Below, piece by piece: positions 11,622-21,460 of a DNA stretch of 64,000 bases (positions are counted from its first letter, which is position 1; the number at the start of each line of letters is the position of its first letter). A program made the translations under genes and the position numbers. The notes below the pieces were generated by a model, which saw only the letters and a program-made list of their open reading frames with translations, searched no databases and was not told where the DNA came from. Location: positions 13,826,001 to 13,890,000 of the forward strand of contig CATNEN010000038.1 in the NCBI GenBank assembly GCA_950097015.1, read 5' to 3'. The DNA comes from Macrostomum hystrix. Lineage: Eukaryota > Animalia > Platyhelminthes.

Positions 11622-14362
11622 CTCTCCGACCTGTCCGATTCTACGACTCTCGAAGCCTTCCGATGTCTGCATCGTCAAGATATTCATCGATTCTTGTCAA
11701 AGACCCTGTGATGACATTGGTCTTAGACAAACCTCTAAGGCGAATCCAAAATTCTGAGTATCCTCAAAAATAGCCCATATGGATATATGATGAATTTTTG
11801 GAGCAGAAAAAATATGCATGAATGGTGTTTCGTTTGTTTGTTTAAAACAAGCGTTTGTTTAGAACCGTTGAACCGTTTCTCGTCGAGAACCGTTGAACAT
11901 CACGACGATGCCGATGTTTTGTGATTCATGGAAGTTTTCATCGGATACAGGGTATTGGAATACATTGTGGTATTCCAATTCTTAAGCCTCAAGCATCGAA
12001 ACTTTGAGAAGGCCTTAGTAACAATTTTCCTGACGGGTTGTCTGTAAAGGTGAGGGAGCTGTCCGATCGCTTGGCTTTGAGTAATCAGAAACATCGAAAT
12101 AATTCAGCAAACTTTTCACTTACCGCGATAAGAATAGAACAAAAAATGAATTCTTTCTGGTCCTCGATCTCTTCTCTTCTAAAGCTGCATGCTATTTAGG
12201 CTGGCCTCAGGTTGAGAACAATCAAGTTGTGAACCAACTCGATGCATTTTAATTCTAGAAAGGCAACCTGGAGAGAAGAGATTGGATGCAGTAGCCTTTA
12301 GTTTATTGAGATGCAGCAGCATCGGCAACAATTCCATACTCTTTTGTTTTATTTTGCTTACTCTTTTAGGGTTGAGTGTAATTAGAGAGATAGAGAGACT
12401 GCGTACAAAAATAGCAGTTTTAAGAAACATGGACAGCAGCTGCTTTTAACACGTACCATGGTGTGTCTATTGCTCAGGCTCATATTATCTACGCTCATAT
12501 TATTACAGATTTTCCCATTCAGTTTTAACACACACGATATTCAATTTAAATAACTCAATATTTATAATCGACTGTATATTTTAAGACCAGCATTTTAATA
12601 TTTTAAAAATTAGACAAACCTGCAGATATTCGATTTAAAAAGTGATTAACTCTGTTTCGACACTTCATCGTCTTGTACTTTTGTGTCTGTTGTAAAAATG
12701 TCTAGCTCTGACGCAAAACTCACTTTAAAGATCACTTCAAATTAGACAGCCACCATTATTTTTAGACAAGCTTAACTTTAAATCTCTCTGCTTATATGCA
12801 GGTGGCATTAAAACGATTGCAATGGTAGATTATATAGTACGAGTTATGTTACGGAGTTAAATAATGGCAATAACACGAGTGCGCGAAGCGCACGAGTGTC
12901 TATGGCCATTATTTAACGCTGTAACATACTATATAATTGAATTGTATATATAGCATACCAGTAGCCAATTATAATAATTTATTTGAGTTAAGCAATGACA
13001 AAATTTGACAAATGACAACAAAATTTGTCATTGCTTAACTCTGCCTACTAGATCTGTCATTACTTAATGCTACTAAAATTAGGCAACCAATCGACCATAG
13101 ACAAACTTTCAGGCTTTGCTGCAGTGGGCCATAGACAAAGATTTAGGCCTTGACGCGACTGAAAAGTGCCATTCCAGCATCTGTTAAAAAAGCGATAGAC
13201 AGGAAAGAAAATTTACAGCCGCAAAATATCAATTTCACTTAGTCAAGATCTTATGGCTACACATCATTTTATTAATTGGAGGAACTTGCCGGTGGATTCA
13301 CTTGACGGAGTGACGCACGATGAGCTTCAATTTTTTAGTTCACTTTCCGCTGCTGACTGGAGTGCTGATGACGAACTGCGAAACTTTATCGATGCATTGA
13401 CCAGTTCGGACGAAGGTTTTACGACTGGAGACAACCTTCCTGAATTACCTGAACTAACAGCTGGTTTCGGTGACATTGATTTAGATGCCGTTGAATTGTC
13501 GTCTCTTCCTCGAAGCTCGAGAGAACAAATGAACAAGGCTGGCGAAGCATTTATGAAATTTTTGGAGACGCGATCCATTCAAAGCCCCCAAGAGATGCCA
13601 GTGGCAATGCAGAACGAATATCTGCGCTTTTTCTACTATACACTTAAGAAGACTGATGGTAGTTTGTATGCCCCCTCTAGCTTGGTATGCTGGAGGGCTG
13701 GGATCCAAAGGTACTTCAGCATGATCCTAAAGCGTCCGCTTAATATCGTGTCTGGAGAAGACTTCGTTAGCTCAAATCGGATGTTGCGTGTTAAGGTACG
13801 CGAATTTCATAATTCAGGTGGAACAACTAAGCAGTTTCTACCGATCGAGGAAGCAGATCTGGAAAAAGTCAAGGCATACTTTGATAGAACCACAGCCGAA
13901 CGCTTACAGAACGAGGTGGTATTCACCATTCTCTATATTCTTGGGGAAAGAGGACAAGAACACCTTAAGCATTTGAAACAGCAGGGAGCTTTGGTTGCTG
14001 GTATCGACTCCGACGGACATGAGTACTATGAACTACCACCACTTCCAACTAAGAACCAATCGAGTGACCCAGCCAAGTGTAAAGACGACAGAACGAAGCA
14101 GGCGCGCATCTATGGAGAGCATCGTGAACTGATTGCTCTGTATGAGAGGTCTTTACCTACAGGGGTGAAAAACGGCAGCTTTTTTCCGAAGCCTCTTTTG
14201 AACGATTCAGAAGGCAGGCCCCGTTTTTCTACGAATCAGGTGCGCGGAGTCAACTGGCTGGCGAATTTTATGCAGAGGGTGAGTCGTCTATGCAACTTGA
14301 GTAAAGTGTATAGTAATCACTGCATTCGCGTTACAAGGATCGCTGACTTGCGCGATAATGGT

Positions 14363-16531
14363 CATTGTATCACGCTGGCGCGTGTTAGATGCACGATTTA
14401 CTGTGCGTCTAATGTAGTTGTCTATGGCAATTTTCTATCTGAGTAAAAACAACAAGCGTGCGTCTAACGCGTGTAATGCACGGAAAGTGAGTATATTTTA
14501 ATAAGTATACTTCTGCTACAAGTACAACGAACGAACAACATGGAATTGTGTAAACAAGGTAGACTGTGTAGACGCCTGACCCAAGTGATTTCCATTTTAA
14601 GTCATCGAAAATGCTTTACATCGCTTATTGTGTATTCACATCGTGGACCCCCCGTCCTTTCGGTCCCTACACAGGCTTTTGTAAATCCCGATTACAGTTA
14701 CAGTAACAGGAACGGTTAGCAGGTGCACAGACAGGGAAAGCGAATGAAGATGAAGGCGTTCTGCATTTGGAAGTTCAGTATGGGAAAAGTTCATTGCTAT
14801 TACTCACTCTAAGAATTGAACGTGCAGTTGTTGACAGTGTTGTAGAAGTTGTAAACCACAGTTGGCTTCTTCTTGGCGTCATCACTTGGCGTCCCACCAG
14901 CAACGTCCGACGTGTCAGAAATAATCAGTGACTGGCTCATGACGGTAGAAGAGTCTTTCATAATCACGTCTTGCATGGAATCATCCTTGTGTAGTGCAGA
15001 AGCCAAGCTGACCGACATGTCTCGCATTTCGCCGTCCCTTCTGGAGCCAAAGCGTAAGTAGCGTTCTACAGTTCGCGTCTGCTTATGGCCAGTGACTTTG
15101 CAGATATCAGACGCGCTGTAACCTGCGTTAGATAGCTCCTTTATTACCGTGGATCGAATGCAGTACGCAGTGTATGACTTTGATAAATTCGCCTTCTTTG
15201 AAATGACGGTCATCAGCTGGCCCAAAGGATTCACACCAATTGCCTTGTTCGGGCAGTACCATGCTCCATTCGCCCAACCTGTTTTTTTTCTGCAGTAAGA
15301 AGAAAGGATATCTTTTCACCGTCTCCGAACTGCTTGATGGAATGGATTGCTCACGCTGAGCTAAATAGAGCTTCATAGCTTCCACAGGGCAGCGGCTTCT
15401 GTCTGGCAACGCACTCATAACAGCTTGCTTGACATCGTCACACGAGTTCCTGGAGAGTTCTTTGCCAACATTCTTTACTGTTCCAGCAACAAAGCGCACC
15501 ACTTCAATCCCATCGGAATCCGTCTCGAATCGAAAGGAATCATCGCTCAGTGAACGGATCCACTCGCGACCTCTGTTTCCAAAGTAGAACATAATGTTGT
15601 AGTACACTTCATGAAGTAGCACCTCTGGAGATTTCCGATCGAAGTAGTCAGACAGCCTCTTCAGATCAACAGGCTCGATCGATTGAAAGTGTCGGGCGCG
15701 TCCGCCTCGGGCAATGAAGATTCTGCCCATTGACTTCAGTGTCGTATTGGAAGCATAGAATGCGTCGTCAGTTAGAATATTGATTCGCCTTGTCGACATG
15801 AAATGCCGGTAGAGCGCAGCTCGGATGCAAATCAACGTGGCTGGAGCAAAGTATTCGCCATTCCTCTTGCGAAGTGAGCCATAGAAGTATCGCAATAGAC
15901 TATCGATCTCGCGCGGTGTAGAAGTCGCCAAATCACGCTGAACTGACGGATGGTTCTCCATGAAGCTCTGCAACTTACCGACATAATATTCGGTAGCCTT
16001 TGTCACACTCTTACTAGCAGCGGTGTCCTCGATTTCGGAAACGAGCTGTTCCAATTCAAGTAGTTCAGCTTCTTCGTCAGGTATCTTCTTGAAAAGTGCC
16101 TCCAGAAGATCCTCCTCTTCTCGATCAATCGCCGACTCCGGTAGATTATCAGGCTCGTTCAGGATGTCGTCAATCTCATTGGTGGACAAGCCGGAAATCA
16201 TTTCGTTCGGAAATTTGCTCAGATTCAGAAGTCTGACTTTAGTTGGTGGCTCAGCCATATTCTCTCACAAGTGATTTTAATTTAACAGCTTCTTATTCCC
16301 TTCTTCGTAACACTCAATCAACTTGCGTGCCTTTCACGCATTTTGTCTATGGTTAAGACAAAGTCTAACTGAGCGTGCATCTAACGCGCCATCTAAAGTA
16401 GTAAGCCAACGTAATACAATGCAACTCATACATCGATTTTTTGTGCTTAAATGGTCTATGGCACTCGTGCGCTGTGCGCACTCGTGCATCGACCATTTAA
16501 GCACGCAAAATCGATGTATGAATCCTACATT
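14363..16531 (-). mobile_element. Inner tyrosine-recombinase (Crypton-like) element B, copy 1
   Basis: Bounded by CATT at 14363-14366 and 16528-16531; 96-bp terminal hairpin at 16426-16521; YR gene on the minus strand. Confidence 0.9.
14809..16258 (-). pseudogene. Tyrosine recombinase of element B copy 1 (one +1 frameshift near the A8 run at ~15282-15289)
   Basis: ORFs 16258-15128 and 15234-14809 join as ...QKKTGWANGAWYCPNKAIGVNPLG if one A is removed. Motifs GNRGRE, CPV, YTAYCIRST (HxxR to YxxR), VTGHK, ERYL. Confidence 0.88.
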
Positions 16532-18675
16532 GTATCACGCTGGCGCGTGTTAGATGCACGATTTACTGTGCGTCTAATGTAGTTGTCTATGGCAATTTTC
16601 TATCTGAGTAAAAACAACAAGCGTGCGTCTAACGCGTGTAATGCACGGAAAGTGAGTATATTTTAATAAGTATACTTCTGCTACAAGTACAACGAACGAA
16701 CAACAGGGAATTGTGTAAACAAGCTAGAATGTGTAGACGCCTGACCCAAGTGATTTCCATTTTAAGTCATTGAAAATGTTTTACATCGCTTATTGTGTAT
16801 TCACATCGTGGGGGGCTTTGCCCCCCACACCCCCCGTCCTTTCGGTCCCTACACAGGCTTTTGTAAATCCCTATTACAGTTACAGTAACAGGAACGGTTA
16901 ACACGTGCACAGACGATTACCTATCATTGACAGGGAAAGCGAATGAAGATGAAGGCGTTCTGCATTTGGAAGTTCAGTGTGGGAAAAGTTCATTGCTATT
17001 ACTCACTCTAAGAATTGAGCGTGCAGTTGTTGACAGTGTTGTAGAAGTTGTAAACCACAGTTGGTTTCTTCTTGGCGTCATCACTTGGCGTCCCACCAGC
17101 AACGTCCGACGTGTCAAAAATAATCAGTGACTGGCTCATGACGGTAGAAGTCTTTCATAATCACGTCTTGCATGGAATCATCCTTGTGTAGTGCAGAAGC
17201 CAAGCTGACCGACATGTCTCGCATTTCGCCGTCCCTTCTGGAGCCAAAGCGTAAGTAGCGTTCTACAGTTCGCGTCTGCTTATGGCCAGTGACTTTGCAG
17301 ATATCAGACGCGCTGTAACCTGCGTTAGATAGCTCCTTTATTACCGTGGATCGAATGCAGTACGCAGTGTATGACTTTGATAAATTCGCCTTCTTTGAAA
17401 TGACGGTCATCAGCTGGCCCAAAGGATTCACACCAATTGCCTTGTTCGGGCAGTACCATGCTCCATTCGCCCAACCTGTTTTTTTTCTGCAGTAAGAAGA
17501 AAGGATATCTTTTCACCGTCTCCGAACTGCTTGATGGAATGGATTGCTCACGCTGAGCTAAATAGAGCTTCATAGCTTCCACAGGGCAGCGGCTTCTGTC
17601 TGGCAACGCACTCATAACAGCTTGCTTGACATCGTCACACGAGTTCCTGGAGAGTTCTTTGCCAACATTCTTTACTGTTCCAGCAACAAAGCGCACCACT
17701 TCAATCCCATCGGAATCCGTCTCGAATCGAAAGGAATCATCGCTCAGTGAACGGATCCACTCGCGACCTCTGTTTCCAAAGTAGAACATAATGTTGTAGT
17801 ACACTTCATGAAGTAGCACCTCTGGAGATTTCCGATCGAAGTAGTCAGACAGCCTCTTCAGATCAACAGGCTCGATCGATTGGAAGTGTCGGGCGCGTCC
17901 GCCTCGGGCAATGAAGATTCTGCCCATTGACTTCAGTGTCGTATTGGAAGCATAGAATGCGTCGTCCGTTAGAATATTGATTCGCCTTGTCGACATGAAA
18001 TGCCGGTAGAGCGCAGCTCAGATGCAAATCAACGTGGCTGGAGCAAAGTATTCGCTTTCCTCTTGCGAAGTGAGCCATAGAAGTATCGCAATAGACTATC
18101 GATCTCGCGCGGTGTAGAAGTCGCCAAATCACGCTGAACTGACGGATGGTTCTCCAGCAGCGCGGTGTCCTCGATCTCGGAAACGAGCTGTTCCAATTCA
18201 AGTAGTTCAGCTTCTTCGTCAGGTATCTTCTTGAAAAGTGCCTCTTGAGAAGATCCTCCTCTTCTCGATCAATCGCCGACTCCGGTAGATTATCAGGCTC
18301 GTTCAGGATGTCGTCAATCTCATTGGTGAACAAGCCAGAAATCAATTCGTTCGGAAATTTGCCCAAATTCAGAAGTCTGACTTTAGTTAGTGGCTCAGCC
18401 ATATTCTCTCACAAGTGATTTTAATTTAATAGCTTCTTATTCCCTTCTTCGCAACACTCAATCAACTTGCGTGCCTTTCACGCATTTTGTCTATGGTTAA
18501 GACAAAGTCTAACTGAGCGTGCATCTAACGTGCCATCTAAAGTAGTAAGCCAACGTAATACAATGCAACTCATACATCGATTTTTTGTGCTTAAATGGTC
18601 TATGGCACTCGTGCGCTGTGCGCACTCGTGCATCGACCATTTAAGCACGCAAAATCGATGTATGAATCCTACATT
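16532..18675 (-). mobile_element. Inner element B, copy 2 (head-to-tail with copy 1)
   Basis: Near-identical repeat of 14367-16531 ending in CATT at 18672-18675, with its own hairpin at ~18570-18665. Confidence 0.9.
17009..18402 (-). pseudogene. Tyrosine recombinase of element B copy 2 (several indels and a ~55-bp deletion)
   Basis: Fragmented ORFs 18402-17863, 17996-17325 and 17431-17114 match copy 1. Confidence 0.88.
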
Positions 18676-19239
18676 CTTTGAACGATATTATGACTATTAC
18701 TGGCCAAAAGTCTGACAGGACTGTACGCCGCTACTTGTCTAGGCAGCGTGAACGCACTGTCCGGAATGTGTCCATGACAGTCAGCAGGGCTCTTAAGCGG
18801 AAGGGCGAAGCGGAGACTGCGATCTCTACACTAACGAGTGTGTACGCTGATGCTACACATGGACAGAAGGATGATATGTTCGATAGGACACCGAGCATAT
18901 TTGCCGGTTGCTCATTCCAGCACTGCACTATTAACTTTACGAAGTGATGCTCTAATTGTCATCCTTAGGATTGCAATATGGCTAGACACTTTGTTTTATT
19001 GTTTATTATCATGTTTTCAAGTTGTCTCGCTATAAAGTTATAATAAATATAACACAGCATATGAAAAAATGGTCTATGGTCAAAAAGTTTTTGTTCAGCG
19101 CTAAGGAATGACAAAATAGTGCGTGTCATTATAATACTCTTGCGTATATGTACAATGTCAAAAAGCGTGCACATTAAACGAAAGAGTGTGCATTCAATGC
19201 TTATAGCCAATTAGGGACCGCGGGGCGTTTAATGCACGC

Positions 19240-19410
19240 TTTTAATGCATAGTCTATGGTCGAGACTCAGGAACTGAAAACCGTTTTACAATACTACTCA
19301 ATATATACCTGCTTTTTCTTCCTTAAATGTCTATGGAACTCATGCCAAGACATTTAAGCACTCAAAACCACAGATCCTATATACACTGTATACAGCTGAA
19401 TCCTACAGTG
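19240..19410 (-). mobile_element. 5' terminus of a third related YR-type element (C)
   Basis: Colinear with the B 5' region: GTCTATGGT..GAC, TACAAT..ACTCA, CTTAAATG...CATTTAAGCAC.CAAAA, and terminal GAATCCTACAGT versus GAATCCTACATT in B. Hairpin centre collapsed. Confidence 0.6.
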
Positions 19411-19416
19411 TTAATA

Positions 19417-20247
19417 TTGGTTTTGTCAGCCTAACTGAGAATAAAGCCACCCAAAATGAGAATCCTGCCTACGCTGAATACGAAGGGCCTAGCTGCGTCC
19501 AGCCTAGTCTATGAGCCATAGACTATAAAGGATAAGCAAAGTGACAAAAAGGCATCCAATGTAAGAATCGATCGCTTTTTCTCTTTCCCCCAGCTCTCTC
19601 CACTCCTCCAAGCGCAACTCCTCCATCACTGCTTCTCCATCACCCACAGTCTCGCTGCTTTCTTGCCTATTTATCCAACACTTAGAATTAACAGAGTTCA
19701 GTCTTCACCACTGCAATAAAAATGCCCGCCTCATCTGTGGACCGCCAGCGACTCATCGCGGCCATTGAAAATGGAAGCTCACTAAGGGAAGCAGCAGCCG
19801 TTCTGCAACTGCCTGTCCCAACTGCCTATAGAATTGCGCGTCAGCATCGCCTAGAAGGAAGAACTGAGGCGCTTCCTCGAGGTGGTCAACGACTTCTTAG
19901 AGTTGATGATGAAAGAGCATTTGCTCAGCAGCAAACACTCACTTTATTAGTTCTGAATTGAGAATCTCGTAGACTTTGAGCAATTGCTCACTTTATTCAT
20001 ACGGCCTATTGGCTAGGCATATGGCTCAGAAGGTATAAAAATAAAATAATACGATGCATAGACCAATCGATTCTCACATTGGATGGCTTTTTAACACTTT
20101 AACACTTTAACACTTTTTAACACTTATCCTTTATTGTCTATGGCCCATAGACTAAGGCTGCACGCAGCCAGGCCCTTTAATTGCAGTCAGCGTAGGCAGG
20201 ATTCTCATTTTGGGTGGCTTTATTCTCAGTTAGGCTGACAAAATCAA
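19417..20247 (+). mobile_element. Non-autonomous IS630/Tc1-type element (internal deletion derivative), TA TSD
   Basis: ~150-180-bp imperfect TIRs (TTGGTTTTGTCAGCCTAACTGAGAATAAAGCC... / ...GGCTGACAAAATCAA); TA at 19415-16 and 20248-49. ORF 19722-19961 encodes only an HTH (VDRQRLIAA...PRGG) homologous to the 21764 transposase N-terminus. Confidence 0.88.
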
Positions 20248-21460
20248 TAGCTCTCCTATTACAACACGTTATACTACTGTGATGCGCCTAAACTCGATCT
20301 CAACCCCTTGGAGTATAATTTTACTCTTTTGATACCAAATTACCTGCCAGTGTACCCCACAGACTTTTAAGTGAACTTTGAGGCCAGCCTGGGTGGTCAA
20401 AGCACGTGTCAAAGCTAAGATTAGTCATCGCCTTGATCCCTTAGACCCCTCAAAACGCCAATACCACCTCCGCTCCACATTGTTCTGGTTCAGGCAAGCG
20501 TGACGGAACTTAACTTTAAAATTACTTTTAATTGGATCGAATCCATTTGTAATTTTCCCAAATTTAATGTAAATTCTTCAATCTTCTCAAGACTTCCCTT
20601 TAAGACAAGTAATTTCATAAACAATTTAGATAAGCAAAGCAGTCATAATTATATGAGCTGTTTCGCAACGATTATGTAATATTAACCGCCCCACTTCCCC
20701 CCAAGTTTTCTGTATAACGTCGGGCCAATCAGAGCGCGACAGGGCTCCGATTGTACACTACGCAGGGTCAAGGCTGGGTCAACGGAGACTTTCTTCACGG
20801 TTCACGCGCGTGAATTCTCCCCTATTTCCTCCAAAAAGGTCAGACGTTCCTACATCTTTGGACGCGCTTGCCCCACCACGTTCCGATAACTTGGGACCCA
20901 TTGGACCTTTTCGTCCCGTTCGACACGTTCGGACGTTCTGACATCTTCAGACGTGCTTGTCCAGTTCCGTCCCGCAGTTCCCACCCCCTGCTACTTTCCC
21001 TATAGTTATCTTCTATAATTATAACTATCTTCTATAACTATAGTTACCGATAGTTATATAGCCATCTTATCGCCTCCCCTTTATGTCAAGTCCCCAATCC
21101 CTGATATATTAATTCCTTCGTTCCTCCGAGTCGTCATGGCAAGCCTTCGCCCCTGAAGAAGAACGACGGTCGACCTTGCGCCCAGCCGCCTGGCCCTGCA
21201 GTACAGCCGAGTCCAGCTGGATCTGGTTGAGCCCGATTCAAGGTATTTGCTATTTTGCTTCTGACCATCTGTGGGCAGCACAATTTCCCCAATCATTATC
21301 TATCTTAATTAATAATTACCAGCGTGGAGCCGTTGCTCGCGGGTGTTCGAATCGTTAAATCTAACATTTTTCAAAGCTTTCTAGCTCTGCTCATTTAAGC
21401 ATGCAGGCAATTGAGTAGAAAGCGCATATCACTGAGAGGAGGCTGTTCGCAGGTTAAATA

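Larger units (their letters stand above)
13253..18947 (+). pseudogene. Tyrosine recombinase of element A, interrupted: 13253-14366 plus 18676-18947 rejoin in frame (~461 aa)
   Basis: Removing the insert restores ...YSNHCIRVTRIADLRDNG-H-S-LNDIMTITGQKSDRTVRRYL. Catalytic R (GERG), K (PTKN), HxxR and Y are present, with Q at the H/W position. N-terminal LRFFY..LKK.DG..YAPSSL is typical of DUF3504/Crypton. Confidence 0.9.
12820..19157 (+). mobile_element. Outer tyrosine-recombinase (Crypton/DUF3504-like) element A, ~2.0 kb without the nested insert, bounded by CAATG direct repeats
   Basis: CAATG at 12820-12824 and 19153-19157. 5' hairpin at 12829-12937. 3' end GCGTATATGTACAATG parallels the inner elements' GCGTGATACAATG. 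No TIRs. Encodes a split YR. Confidence 0.78.

Noticed and set aside
15281-15290. Programmed -1 frameshift at A AAA AAC in the YR gene
   Set aside because: The downstream catalytic frame needs +1, not -1.
20700-21370. Possible LTR or other repeat (GC-rich, internal repeats, CTATAGTTAT palindromes)
   Set aside because: No matching TG..CA ends with TSD and no coding similarity recognised; left unannotated.
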